Shown: positions 18,603 to 28,969 of the stretch, piece after piece
Layout of the letters: the number at the start of each line of letters is the position of its first letter
How positions within the stretch are numbered: the first letter of the stretch is position 1
From: a virus
Reading direction: 5' to 3' (one strand)
IMG/VR virus record: IMGVR_UViG_3300010354_000050
Coordinates: 1-64,000 of that record
DNA: 64,000 bases
The notes under the pieces: model-generated
Told to the model about the DNA's origin: nothing
Databases searched by the model: none
Seen by the model: the letters and a program-made list of their open reading frames with translations, nothing else
Program-made: the position numbers and the translations under genes

Positions 18603-20015
18603 ATGGCAACAATAAGAATTTCTCAATTAACTGCTGTTAGTCAAGCTACCGATGATGATGTTTTTATCATCAATGATGCAGATACTAATACCAGAAAGAT
18701 TACTTTTGCAAATTTAACCCAAGGTTTGCTAAACACTTCTGCAACTTCCCAAACTAAAAATGGCCCCCTATCCATTAGTGGCTTGTTAAGTTCTACAGGT
18801 TTGGCTGTTAAAAATAATGTATTGTTTGTTGATAGTCAAAATAACAGGGTTGGTATTAAAACCAACACCCCTAATGCAGATCTAGACGTAAATGGTGTTC
18901 TATACATCCAAAGTGCCAACCCCATTCAGTTTGGAGATTCTGACAATTCAAATTTCATCGGACTTAGGGCACCTTCCGTAGTCAATTCAAACTTTACCTT
19001 TACCCTCCCTCCTGCACCACCTGCTTCAACTGAATTAGTCACATCTAGTTCAGCAGGAGTTTTTGGATTTACTACGGGTATTGTAACAGGAAATAGCTCT
19101 TTGAGTTTGAACCTTATAGAGCTAATTAATCAAGGGGTAGCAAGGTTTTATGAATCTGCTTCAAGTGGGACAAATCATATTTCCTTTACTGCACCAAATT
19201 CCCTTGCAAATTCTAATTCTTATACTCTTCCGACAGATTTACCCCCTAGCTCTGGATTTATCTTAGCTTCCTCTACAACTGGACAATTAAGTTGGGTCAG
19301 TAGCTCAACTGGTGCTATTGGTGCTAATAACCAGGTTCAATTTGCAACTGATGGTTTGTTAAATAGCAGCACTAATTTGACCTTTGTCCCTAATACCAAT
19401 ACCTTAACTACAGTTAACGGTTCCTTTAGTGGCAGTCTGGGAGTTCAAGGAAATGTCCAACTAGGTCAAAGTTCAGCCCAAACAATTAGTGTAAATGGAG
19501 TATTCAATACCCATTTGCTTCCTGAACCTAATACCTATGATCTAGGTTCAACTTTTAGATTTTGGAGACATACCTATACCCAAAACCTTACTGTTAGTGC
19601 TTCTTTTGTCCCCAACAATTCTAACTTAGTCAACCTTGGATCAACTTCAAGTCGCTGGCAGATTGCTTACCTAAACAACCTAAGCCTTCAAGGGGTATCT
19701 CAAAAAGGTATCAATTCTATTTCTGTAGCAGGAAGTGGAACTTCATCTACTATTTTAGGAACAGGCAAGGCATACAAAGTTCTAATTAATTCAACAGATT
19801 CTACTACAGGAGATGTTGAACTGTTTGAGCAACTTGTAGTTTGTGATAATAGTGGAAATATTTCTGAAGTAACAGGGTCTAACGTTCAATCTCCCACGCC
19901 AGGTAATTTCTTAATTACAGCTTCTTCTCAACTGGTAGGGAGTGACATTGTGATGACTTTTTCCAATGCTTCTACCAATACTGTAAGCGTCAAACTGTTT
20001 GTTGTTGAGTTATAA
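18603..20015 (+). CDS. Tail fibre / virion structural protein
   Basis: RISQL N-terminus, NRVGIKTNTP..DLDVNG, YTLP repeats, DLG...RW repeats; S/T/G/N-rich. Confidence 0.75.
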   Translation: MATIRISQLTAVSQATDDDVFIINDADTNTRKITFANLTQGLLNTSATSQTKNGPLSISGLLSSTGLAVKNNVLFVDSQNNRVGIKTNTPNADLDVNGVLYIQSANPIQFGDSDNSNFIGLRAPSVVNSNFTFTLPPAPPASTELVTSSSAGVFGFTTGIVTGNSSLSLNLIELINQGVARFYESASSGTNHISFTAPNSLANSNSYTLPTDLPPSSGFILASSTTGQLSWVSSSTGAIGANNQVQFATDGLLNSSTNLTFVPNTNTLTTVNGSFSGSLGVQGNVQLGQSSAQTISVNGVFNTHLLPEPNTYDLGSTFRFWRHTYTQNLTVSASFVPNNSNLVNLGSTSSRWQIAYLNNLSLQGVSQKGINSISVAGSGTSSTILGTGKAYKVLINSTDSTTGDVELFEQLVVCDNSGNISEVTGSNVQSPTPGNFLITASSQLVGSDIVMTFSNASTNTVSVKLFVVEL

Positions 20016-20020
20016 GTAAA

Positions 20021-21088
20021 ATGAAACAAAAAAGATATTTTGTTGAAGGTGTAGTTACTAAAAGTACCTTTGAAACAGAGGGTGTTAATACAATTCCCAG
20101 TGCAGAATTTACTGACAACATTAGGGTAGGTTCTGTTGAAATTAAATCAGTTCAACCCTTAGACCTAACTACTCCTATTTCTAATGAAGAGATTTACTCT
20201 TTTCCAGCAGGACTTTACAACTTAGCTGAATTTACTGTTACGCTTGTAGATAGTGAAAATTCCTATGTGCTAGGCAGAAGTTTTTCTGTAGCCCATAATG
20301 GCACTACTACCGATATTTCTAATGCATATGCAGAAGTAGACCTTTGGGGAACTGTAAAGCCAACTTTTTCAGCTTCTATTTCAGGAGGAAATGTTAAGCT
20401 TTATCTAACTACTACCTCTGATTCAGTTAATGTTTCCTTAAGTGTTAAACTTCATAGTTCTGAAGTAAGCCATTTTATCAACATTACCTCCCAACCAACT
20501 TCCCAAACTGTAGTTGAAGGTGACATTCCTGCTGTTTTTTCAGTAATAGCTTCTACTAATGACGGTGGAACTTTAAGCTATCAGTGGCAAGAAGATATTG
20601 GGACAGGCTTTACAGATCTGACTGACAATTCTACCTATTTTGGAAGTTTGACCAGTTCTCTAACCATTACCACAGCAGATACTTCCTTAACAAGTTATAA
20701 CTATAGGTGTAGAATTTCTAGTTCTGAATCTGCTCCGGATGAATTTACCAACACTGTTATCCTAACTGTTTCTGCTGCTGAAGTAACCATTACCTTGAAC
20801 CCCACTAATGAAACCGTAAATAGTGGTGATCCTGTTACTTTCACGGTTGAAGCTGAAACTAATGAAACTTCTTCTACTTTAGTTTATGAATGGCAAGAGA
20901 ATGATGGATCTGGGTTTACAACCTTAGTAGAAGATACTATCTATACTGGAACTAATACTGATACACTCCTAATCACTAATAGTACAGGTTTAGATAGTTA
21001 CCTTTACCGTTGTAAGGTTACAACAACTTCTGCAACTTCTCCTGAAGCAACTTCAACTTCTGCAACTTTGACTGTAGTAACAGTATAG
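20021..21088 (+). CDS. Virion protein with two Ig-like domains
   Basis: Two repeats of IT.QP...TV...F.V.A...L.YQWQ...YRC.(I/V). Confidence 0.8.
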   Translation: MKQKRYFVEGVVTKSTFETEGVNTIPSAEFTDNIRVGSVEIKSVQPLDLTTPISNEEIYSFPAGLYNLAEFTVTLVDSENSYVLGRSFSVAHNGTTTDISNAYAEVDLWGTVKPTFSASISGGNVKLYLTTTSDSVNVSLSVKLHSSEVSHFINITSQPTSQTVVEGDIPAVFSVIASTNDGGTLSYQWQEDIGTGFTDLTDNSTYFGSLTSSLTITTADTSLTSYNYRCRISSSESAPDEFTNTVILTVSAAEVTITLNPTNETVNSGDPVTFTVEAETNETSSTLVYEWQENDGSGFTTLVEDTIYTGTNTDTLLITNSTGLDSYLYRCKVTTTSATSPEATSTSATLTVVTV

Positions 21089-21148
21089 CTGTAGAATTTG
21101 TAATAATTTGCTATAATAGCTTGTTGTCTTATTTTGGGTAATTTAACT

Positions 21149-21313
21149 ATGGAAGCCAAACAACAGCTAATCGAGCTAATTGAAGCTTATGCAACTGCAC
21201 GGGCTACTAACAATGAAATTCTTGTAAAAATGTCTGCAACAACTCTGCAAGATTTCTTAAACCGATATGATCTAGTTGTACCAGAACTTTCTGAAATCAA
21301 AAAAGAAGATTAA
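21149..21313 (+). CDS. Small hypothetical protein (54 aa, not in ORF track)
   Basis: MEAKQQLIELIEAYATARATNNEILVKMSATTLQDFLNRYDLVVPELSEIKKED. Confidence 0.7.
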   Translation: MEAKQQLIELIEAYATARATNNEILVKMSATTLQDFLNRYDLVVPELSEIKKED

Positions 21314-21318
21314 TCATA

Positions 21319-21549
21319 ATGGAAGAAGAACAGTTTATTGAAAATTTGGATTTTGCAAGTCCAGAAACTTTTGTCCAGGAGGTAACTTTTTCACCTGAAC
21401 CTGAACCTGAACCTAAACCTATAAAGGCAAAAAAGTTGCCAAAGGTCGAAGAAGTTGTACAATCTGTAGCAGAAGATCCAATTAATCTAGAAAAAATTGA
21501 ACAACAGGGTTACGGTTACAAACGTTTTAAGCAAAAAATGGGGAGATAA
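21319..21549 (+). CDS. Hypothetical protein with PEPEPEP tract
   Basis: Operonic ORF. Confidence 0.65.
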   Translation: MEEEQFIENLDFASPETFVQEVTFSPEPEPEPKPIKAKKLPKVEEVVQSVAEDPINLEKIEQQGYGYKRFKQKMGR

Positions 21550-21558
21550 TAAGAACAA

Positions 21559-21975
21559 ATGGAAATGTTGAACAATCTAGTTAAGGCTAAGTACAATCTA
21601 GAGAACACCCTTCACTTGGCCCATTGGGTTGCAAGAGGTGAAAAGTTCTATCCTTACCACCTAATGTTTGCAGATCTGCTAGGGATTATTAGTGAAGGTA
21701 CTGATGACCTAGTAGAACTAGGTATGGCCCTAGGATACCAGCCAAACTTTGACTCCTTTGGGGGAGTTTCTATGGAACTTGAAGACTATTCCTGTAGCTA
21801 CCTTACCGAACTGTCTGCCAATATGCTAACTAGCTACATGGCTAAGCTGTTTGAAGTTCGTAATGCCATTGCTGGAAATGAAATGGCTGTAGGACTTCTT
21901 GCCCACATTGAAAACCTTGCAACTAAAGCTAATAAGGCTCTGTATATTGTTTCAGCAACTATGCGGGAAAATTAA
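21559..21975 (+). CDS. Dps/ferritin-like protein
   Basis: HW..RG..FY.YH..F...D.LVE resembles the Dps ferroxidase signature. Confidence 0.7.
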   Translation: MEMLNNLVKAKYNLENTLHLAHWVARGEKFYPYHLMFADLLGIISEGTDDLVELGMALGYQPNFDSFGGVSMELEDYSCSYLTELSANMLTSYMAKLFEVRNAIAGNEMAVGLLAHIENLATKANKALYIVSATMREN

Positions 21976-22183
21976 TAAGGTTTATAAGTAAATAATTATT
22001 TCTAAAAGAAGTTCTAGAAGAACTTCTTTTTTTTTTGCTTGACTTATTTGAAGTCATAGGTTAGAATAGTTTTGAAGTTGATTTAGTAGTAATAGGTCAT
22101 TGCAACAAAACAAGGAACAAGCCTTAGTAGTTGACAAATGCTTTTCCCTATGTTATAATGTTTTTCTTTAGGAATACACAAAA

Positions 22184-22342
22184 ATGTTAGGCTTATTATT
22201 AGGCTTATGTTTGAACCATCAACCCAATGTATTAAATTATACTGCTAATATGCCTACTTGTAGTAATGGGCAAGTAGTTTTGTGCATTGTCAACCCTGAT
22301 GGTACAAAAAGGTGCAGATGTAGATCTGTATATACTATTTGA
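22184..22342 (+). CDS. Small Cys-rich peptide with hydrophobic N-terminus (52 aa, not in ORF track)
   Basis: MLGLLLGLCLNHQPNVLNYTANMPTCSNGQVVLCIVNPDGTKRCRCRSVYTI; consensus promoter upstream; paralogue at 22739. Confidence 0.7.
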   Translation: MLGLLLGLCLNHQPNVLNYTANMPTCSNGQVVLCIVNPDGTKRCRCRSVYTI

Positions 22343-22364
22343 TTACTTTTATTAACTGTCTAGT

Positions 22365-22568
22365 ATGTTGAACTTAAGTTGGACTTTTGCTAATCTATGC
22401 CAGATCTACGAAAGAATAAAAAGAAGAGGTGGTGAAATTTACCCTTCCGAGAACGAAGATTTAGGGAGAATGTACTCATCTTTTGAACTAAACCCAGAAA
22501 ACTTTACAGAGGAAGATAGGGAAATTTTTGAAAAAATCTTCCAAATCATGTTAGAAAAAGGAGAATAG
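22365..22568 (+). CDS. Hypothetical protein
   Basis: ORF track, operonic. Confidence 0.6.
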   Translation: MLNLSWTFANLCQIYERIKRRGGEIYPSENEDLGRMYSSFELNPENFTEEDREIFEKIFQIMLEKGE

Positions 22569-22738
22569 TATGTTTGTTTCTGTTAGAAACATTGACACTG
22601 GTTTAGAATGCTACATTGGCAAAACCATGTTTCGTATACTGTCAAGAATGAAGCTCTTGACAACTTTTCAATCTATATGGTAAACTCAGAATCTCCAATA
22701 ACCCTGAATTCTTACGATAATGGAAAGGTAGTAAACTA

Positions 22739-22894
22739 ATGTTAATCTCCTTATTGTCTTGTTTGTTCCTGTCTACGGGTACACCTGAAGTTATGACTTC
22801 AGAGTTGATTTGCGAAGAGGGAGAAGTTGTTTTCTGTTACACTAACCCACAAGGGCAAAGCTGGTGTACCTGTAAAAAGCTTTACACCACTTAG
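22739..22894 (+). CDS. Small Cys-rich peptide, paralogue of 22184 (51 aa, not in ORF track)
   Basis: MLISLLSCLFLSTGTPEVMTSELICEEGEVVFCYTNPQGQSWCTCKKLYTT. Confidence 0.7.
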   Translation: MLISLLSCLFLSTGTPEVMTSELICEEGEVVFCYTNPQGQSWCTCKKLYTT

Positions 22895-22949
22895 TTTTAA
22901 CTAAAGAGTTTAGAATAAAAAAAAAGAGGGGTAAACTTCCTTTTTTTTT

Positions 22950-23019
22950 AAGCGGAAAAGCGGGTGAAAAAACTTATAAACCATATTACCTTTGGTTATA
23001 AGCACCCGCTTTTCCGCTT
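22950..23019. repeat. Long inverted repeat / hairpin
   Basis: 17-bp perfect arms AAGCGGAAAAGCGGGTG / CACCCGCTTTTCCGCTT with an inner CTTATAA.CCA/TGGTTATAAG stem. Confidence 0.85.
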
Positions 23020-23885
23020 TTATGCTTAGGTTTTATCTTTGTATTCAAAAGTACATCCTATAAAAGAACCACCTTCAGACGATGTAAAATAAGTTCTTTC
23101 AAATTGCAACACTCCCTAGTATAACTAATGCTTGACATATCCCCTATGTTATAGTATAGTAGTTGAGTTCCAATATTTTGAAATACTATGCAAACTATAC
23201 AGTGGTATTAAGAAAGAGCGCAATTCTTATATGTCGGGTATTTGGGTTCTGTTAAAGTTGCAGAAATTAAGAAAAACTTGTTTTCTCCTAGTTATCGCCT
23301 AAAATTTTTTTTAACTAAAGATGTAACTCCTTTTGAAGAAACGTATAGTTCTTTGAAAGAGTGTTGGCAAACTTCCGAATAACTTTTGAACAAATGGTTA
23401 AATAGCTCTTGTCTCCCTATTAATGGTTTAGCCGATTCAAAAGGAATTATGTAGCCAATGAAAAGATAATACCAATTGTTGCGTTTTTATTTAGAAGGTG
23501 AAAACCAGGTTCTTGTTTTCCCTAGCTCTACCGTTTACCCTTAAAAACAAAGAAATTATTATCTAACTTCAACAAAGAGGAGTTGTAACAACCACGATTT
23601 ACGAGATGGTTAGTCTAGTTGTTGAATTTAAGTACAATAGTCTTCAGAAATCTTTAGAAAACCCTGATCATTGAAATTGGCGCAATCAGATACACATTGA
23701 ATTGGTTATTCCTGCTGAATATAATCTAAACATTGTAAAACTATTTACGGAGTGTAGATTATTTTTCTACGTGAAGCAAGATGAATAGAACAAGATTCGT
23801 AGGCTAAGTTCAAATTAGAGATTGACAACTCTAACCGAGTAGCCTATACTAAGAAAGTAATTAATTACTTTCTTTCTTTTTTTTT

Positions 23886-24053
23886 ATGAAAGTTGAAGTT
23901 AGAGCTAATAAAGAAAAGCAAGTTGTTGAAATAGTAAATCAAGAAGGAAATGTTGTATTGGTGCTAGACCGAGAAGCTTGTATGTTTTTGCCAGCTTTGG
24001 TTAGAGTTAAGGCTATGGAAGTTTGGAATCCCTCTTTTAGAAGAAACTTTTGA
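23886..24053 (+). CDS. Small hypothetical protein (55 aa)
   Basis: MKVEVRANKEKQVVEIVNQEG...; follows TTGACA-17-TATACT. Confidence 0.55.
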   Translation: MKVEVRANKEKQVVEIVNQEGNVVLVLDREACMFLPALVRVKAMEVWNPSFRRNF

Positions 24054-24470
24054 ATGAACAAAGATAGACCTAAACTCAAATACTACATTGATGATAAATA
24101 TACCATTGACTTCATACTTAAGCGTAAAGGCATTAATGGTGTAATAGAAGAATACGATGCTGAAGTAGTTCCTTTTCCTCTATCAGATTCTTATAAGAAA
24201 GAAGGCAACTTTTACATAGGCAGCAAGTTCTACTATGTGATGACTGATGGTACTACCTTATTACTACCACATAATTATCTTCCTACTTTTGATAACGATT
24301 ACCATTGGTTCAGCGAAAAAGAATTCAGGGCCATTGCAGACAGTATTAATTTCTTTGGTTATAAGTCCATTCCTCCTTTTCTCCTGAAGAGGTATCTATG
24401 GCAAAGTATTACTAAGGAGTTGATAGAAATTAGAAGAAGTAGAATAAAGAATGATCCTAAAGGTTCCTAA
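24054..24470 (+). CDS. Hypothetical protein
   Basis: 138 aa ORF. Confidence 0.65.
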   Translation: MNKDRPKLKYYIDDKYTIDFILKRKGINGVIEEYDAEVVPFPLSDSYKKEGNFYIGSKFYYVMTDGTTLLLPHNYLPTFDNDYHWFSEKEFRAIADSINFFGYKSIPPFLLKRYLWQSITKELIEIRRSRIKNDPKGS

Positions 24471-24580
24471 GAAGCAGAAGCTAATAGGAGCTTAGAGGTT
24501 CATTCTTTAATTCCTTTGAATAGGTTGACTTTTCTGTAGACTTTTGATATACTGTAGAAAGTTAGCAAAGGGATATAGAA

Positions 24581-24986
24581 ATGGATGCAATTTACTTTGA
24601 CAAAAATAATTTAGAAGGAAAAGCCTTAGGGAGCTTCAAAGCCCAGATAGATTCCTTAACCTTGTATGTAGAAGGATCAACTGTTTGTTTCTACCATGCA
24701 CAGGATTGTTGTGAGGATGTTTTTATTTTTAACTTAGAAGAATTTTGCAAGGAGCTAGAACCCATTATTGGTTCCAAGATCTCTTCCTTCTCTTGTGAAA
24801 GAGAAATAAAGGATTACCGTAAAAAAACTTAAGGGAACAACCTTTGCAAACATTAGCAATGAGGTGACAGAAACCGTGTTAACCTTATCTTTTGGAGAAA
24901 AGGAGAATAAGAAAAACGTCAGAGCTATTTGGGTAGGAATTTCAGCCGGATATTATGACACAAATGTTCAAGTTTCGCTTTATTAA
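24581..24986 (+). pseudogene. Conserved phage protein (H.QDCCE.V...W.G.S.GYY type) split by an extra base in an A7 run
   Basis: Removing one A at 24821-24827 extends the ORF to ...RAIWVGISAGYYDTNVQVSLY*. Confidence 0.7.
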
Positions 24987-25087
24987 TTAACCTAGGAGAA
25001 GATAGAAATCTTTTCTATCTTCTTTTTTTTATTGACTTTTTCTTTTGAGTTTGCTAAAATAGAACAGTAGTTACCAAGGCAAACAAT

Positions 25088-25501
25088 ATGTATATTGTTG
25101 TTGGCTTACCTGGATCAGGAAAAACTACTTGGGCTAGAGAGTTTTGTAGGAAAAATAACCTAGACCTGATTGATGATCCTAAAGGACTAATCACCGATCT
25201 AGTTGAACAGCACTATCAAGAGGTTTTGATTTCAGATCCTAACCTTTGCCTCTACAGAAATTTTCAAGCAGCTAAAATATTATTTCCTAAAGCTAAATGG
25301 GTTTTCTTTGAACCCAATAGTGAAATTTGTTGGAAAAATGTAGAAAGTCGAAAGTCTAAAGAACCCTGGAAAAAGATTTCTAAAGGTTTCTTTGACAGGT
25401 TAAGCCAAGCCTATTCAGATAACTACAATAAAATGTCAGATGGAGTTGAAGTTGTACAAATTCTAAAGTGTTATAACAGTCTTGAAACAATTGAGCCGTA
25501 A
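25088..25501 (+). CDS. P-loop kinase (AAA_33 / polynucleotide kinase-like)
   Basis: VGLPGSGKTTWA Walker A, DD motif, C..N...R lid. Confidence 0.75.
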   Translation: MYIVVGLPGSGKTTWAREFCRKNNLDLIDDPKGLITDLVEQHYQEVLISDPNLCLYRNFQAAKILFPKAKWVFFEPNSEICWKNVESRKSKEPWKKISKGFFDRLSQAYSDNYNKMSDGVEVVQILKCYNSLETIEP

Positions 25502-25505
25502 AACA

Positions 25506-25709
25506 ATGACCCCTAGTGAATTTAGAAAAACAGAAAAGTTTACTCAACTTTCAAAAGAAGTTCAAGATTTGAGTTCTAAACTTGACAGGATTATGGAAGA
25601 AGTTAGTGAAATAGTAGACAAAGACTATTTTCCATACATTACTAAAACTGGGAAAATTGGTTTCTATCCTAAGTCAGTGGGGGATAAAAGAAATGAGCAA
25701 ACTAAATGA
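25506..25709 (+). CDS. Hypothetical protein
   Basis: Operonic ORF. Confidence 0.55.
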   Translation: MTPSEFRKTEKFTQLSKEVQDLSSKLDRIMEEVSEIVDKDYFPYITKTGKIGFYPKSVGDKRNEQTK

Positions 25710-25845
25710 TTTTGATTGTTGGGTTTCAGAAGTTATCCCTAAAAACTATACTGCTTATGTCAACAAACTAAGGTTTACAGATGATAGGTTGCCTGGTTAT
25801 CTAAAACAAACTGAAGAAAAGGGTTTTGACAATACTGAACTTTAG
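25693..25845 (+). CDS. Hypothetical protein (possibly truncated)
   Basis: GGGG RBS and ATG 25693; coding-like sequence continues past the stop. Confidence 0.4.
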   Translation: MSKLNDFDCWVSEVIPKNYTAYVNKLRFTDDRLPGYLKQTEEKGFDNTEL

Positions 25846-26177
25846 AGTTTAGATTTTCAAATAATTTGCTTCCTGCTACCTAGGTTAAAACTCCTAAAAA
25901 ACTATGCAAATAATGACTTGAAAGCAGATATTGAAGTCATTATTGAAGGTCTAGAGTTGTATACCTGTAATTGGGTACAATGAAAAGGTAGAAACTGCCC
26001 TAGACCCCCTTAGGGAAAATTTTCACATACTTTGGACTTAATCCTAGTTGTTCCCTACAGAGCCATAGTCAAAACTTATCAGACCTAGACTCCTAATGAG
26101 AGTCCTCAATCTTAAGCCTATTGACTTTATCTTGCTAAACTGCTACTATAGGTATAGTTAAGTCAGAGGGTAAACAA

Positions 26178-26921
26178 ATGGAACTTTTTAAGGTTGGTGG
26201 TTGTGTTCGAGATGAGTTACTAGGTCTGATTCCTAATGATACGGATTTTGTAGTTGAAGCTTCTAGCTTCCATGCCCTTCGTCAATTCGTCCATGAACGG
26301 GGTTCCCTTGGGGTTCAAAATCCTAAGAAAACTAAGAAACATGAACAAACTCCCTTCGGGTTTGTTGAGTTTCCTGAAACCCTAACTCTAAAGGCAAAAG
26401 ATCCTGTAACGGGTGAAATTTGCGACTTTGCTTGTGCCAGGGTAGAGTTTGACTACAAAGAAGGGCGAATCCCTGAAAGGGTAGAAATTGGCAATCTGCT
26501 TGAAGATCTGGCACGGAGGGATTTTACCTTCAATGCCATCGCCAAAGGTGAAGATGGCCGACTGATTGACCCATTTCACGGTAAAGAAGATCTTGAAAAC
26601 AAGATCATCCGAACTGTCGGTAATGCAGTAGATCGGTTTTCTGAAAACCCAATTCGCCTGATTCGGGCTTTGATCTTCTTCTGTCGATTCAAAAGGTTTA
26701 CCTTTGATGCCCAAATCATCAACGCCTTTGTAGATAAAGATCTTCTTCATCTTCTATCTAAAGAAAGCGATGATAGGAAACTCAAGGCTCTGAACAAAAT
26801 CCTGGTAAACAAAGATCAAAATCTTGACCTACTAAGGGTATTTGTTCAATTCCCTGAACTCCATGAAGCTATCTTTAGCAACATTGGTATTCAGGCAACC
26901 CGTAAGCAAGGTTTTGTCTAG
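26178..26921 (+). CDS. tRNA nucleotidyltransferase (CCA-adding enzyme / poly(A) polymerase family)
   Basis: VGGCVRD.LLG..PNDTDF, EDLARRDFTFNA, DPF.G..DL, RF.ENP.R..RA. Confidence 0.9.
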   Translation: MELFKVGGCVRDELLGLIPNDTDFVVEASSFHALRQFVHERGSLGVQNPKKTKKHEQTPFGFVEFPETLTLKAKDPVTGEICDFACARVEFDYKEGRIPERVEIGNLLEDLARRDFTFNAIAKGEDGRLIDPFHGKEDLENKIIRTVGNAVDRFSENPIRLIRALIFFCRFKRFTFDAQIINAFVDKDLLHLLSKESDDRKLKALNKILVNKDQNLDLLRVFVQFPELHEAIFSNIGIQATRKQGFV

Positions 26922-27015
26922 TCATGGCTTAAGGAAGTAGAGAAATTCTACTTCCTTTTTTTATTGACCTTGTTACTAATGTTTGATATAATATAGAAAG
27001 AATGGAGGAAAATAA

Positions 27016-27177
27016 ATGAAAATTTTTAAGGTTGTTGTCGAATGTTGTGCAGATTGTCCAGCATTCAGAAGTGAAGATGGGTTTTGCTATTTTTCTAGTC
27101 AATTTGTAGATTCTGACTTGGATGTTCTAGATAAAGTTGCTGACTTTTATGAATTAGAAGCTTCATTAAGACCATGA
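27016..27177 (+). CDS. Small Cys-containing hypothetical protein (53 aa)
   Basis: GGAGG RBS, promoter, CCADCP motif. Confidence 0.55.
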   Translation: MKIFKVVVECCADCPAFRSEDGFCYFSSQFVDSDLDVLDKVADFYELEASLRP

Positions 27178-27467
27178 ATCTATCCTGCTACTCCTTCAGG
27201 TACACTTTGCCTGAAGGAAATTTGAAAATTTCTCAATCTTACAAATAAATTAGTTCTAAGTTTTTATAAGGATTTAATCAAATGTTAGTGAAAGTTTCTG
27301 ATGTAGAATCTAGTTTAGAATACTATGTAAACAAGTCAATGGTTACTCACACAGTTAAACTAGGTGAAGACAAGTTTAGTATACATATATTAGAACTAGA
27401 TTCACCTATTATAGTTTCTAATTTAGACCATAAAAAGATTACAGGATAAAATTGCTACACTCCTATT

Positions 27468-28109
27468 CTAATATTTTACCAAAACCCCTTCCCTAACTCC
27501 CATTGTTTCAAAATCCCTATCAGGAAAAAATTTGTAGTCAGGATAAAGATCGAGATTTATTTTGCTATTGGGCCAAACAGGTATAACTTCTGTAGCAGGT
27601 GTCTCAGGGTTTTTCCAGAAGTCAGGATTAGCCCTTAAATGAATTTCTATTATTTTGTTTCCAATTAGCTCAATATTTATCCAATCATATCTTCTACTAG
27701 CAGGGACAAGGAAATTAGGCAGTTGATAATTGTAATCTACCTTAGTCCACTTTTGCCATTTTACTAGATCTTCTTTACAATTCTTAATACCTTCTACAGC
27801 TAGAACTAAATTTCCCAGGTGAAAGTCTAGAGAAAGATGCCTACCTTCAAAAACTTCACACCAGAAATGCCCTGGCAATAGATGATCTGTTGATTTATCA
27901 ATATGGGTAATTTGTGAAGAAATCCCCATTCCCAAAGCATTTATTGTAGGTCTAACAATATAGGTATCAGGGATAGGTACATCAGTACCAGTAGGCCCAC
28001 ATCTGTATCCCAGGTAACGAGATAAGATTAACTTATCTAATAGCCAGATGTCTTCAGGATTTACTATATCCCAAACATCTTCCTCATTAATTAAAAAATT
28101 AGTTGACAT
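27468..28109 (-). CDS. ATP-grasp-like conserved cyanophage protein
   Basis: LGY.CGP.G..VP...YIVRP..N..GMG, FWCE.F.G.HLSLD, NIE.IG..IIE.HLR.NPDF; ATG at 28109. Confidence 0.7.
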   Translation of the reverse strand: MSTNFLINEEDVWDIVNPEDIWLLDKLILSRYLGYRCGPTGTDVPIPDTYIVRPTINALGMGISSQITHIDKSTDHLLPGHFWCEVFEGRHLSLDFHLGNLVLAVEGIKNCKEDLVKWQKWTKVDYNYQLPNFLVPASRRYDWINIELIGNKIIEIHLRANPDFWKNPETPATEVIPVWPNSKINLDLYPDYKFFPDRDFETMGVREGVLVKY

Positions 28110-28159
28110 TATCTTAAGGGTGTTGTAGAATAGGGTTATTGAATTACAGGATAAACCAA

Positions 28160-28426
28160 ATGGCCGTAGTGAAGTTTTTAGATACAAAAGATCTTGAGCA
28201 ATACAAGGGTGCTATCAAAAAGGGACTTATCTCTAAAAATGGCAGAATCCTAAAACCTTTTTGGGAAGTTTGCTACAGGGTAGGTTACAACTTCCATGTA
28301 GAATGTTTTACCAAGGAAGAAGAGGCTGTCGGGTTTGCAAAATCTCTAGATGAATATATTTTTGTTTCCTTTAGGCGTGTTGTCCCTGTGCCTTACAAAG
28401 GTAATTATGCACATAAGGAGTTTTAA
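28160..28426 (+). CDS. Hypothetical protein
   Basis: AGGA RBS; its -35 TTGACA overlaps the start codon of the divergent gene. Confidence 0.6.
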   Translation: MAVVKFLDTKDLEQYKGAIKKGLISKNGRILKPFWEVCYRVGYNFHVECFTKEEEAVGFAKSLDEYIFVSFRRVVPVPYKGNYAHKEF

Positions 28427-28464
28427 CTTTGAAAGTTTTGTTAGTTAGCTATCATGGCAAAGAA

Positions 28465-28834
28465 ATGAAAAAAATTCTTTCCTTCTTTGTCCATAAGCAG
28501 GGATAACATTGTTGAAGTTTCAAGTTTAGGTGAATTAATAAAAATTTGCCCTGGTCAACGAGTCTTGGTTAAAATGCCAAATAAGCAGTTGTCAGGGTTG
28601 GAAGATTATGAGTTTGTACTGTTTTTACGGAATATGGGTCACTCGGACAACGGTGAAAATTAGATAATTTGCAGTGTCATGCTAGATAAAGAATATTTTA
28701 ATGAGGTTAAAAACTTTAACACTTATGAAGATTATTTGGTTGATCCGGTGATCCTTTTACAGAAGGGGGCTACAGGAAGTATGTTTTGCAGGAAGACCCA
28801 AATCCTTGAAACAATCTTTACCCACTTAGTATAA
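28465..28834 (+). pseudogene. Degraded ORF
   Basis: Open frame after an A7 frameshift at 28468-28474, interrupted by in-frame TAG at 28661-28663. Confidence 0.45.
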
Positions 28835-28969
28835 TTCTCGTCAACTAATGATCTTGATACAGTTATTGATTATGTCAAAAGCAAAACTGATCAAGAAGTT
28901 TATGTGTCTTGGTTAACTCCTGGTCTCCTTGTTGCCCACTTTTAGCAACTATAATAAAACCAAAAAGAA

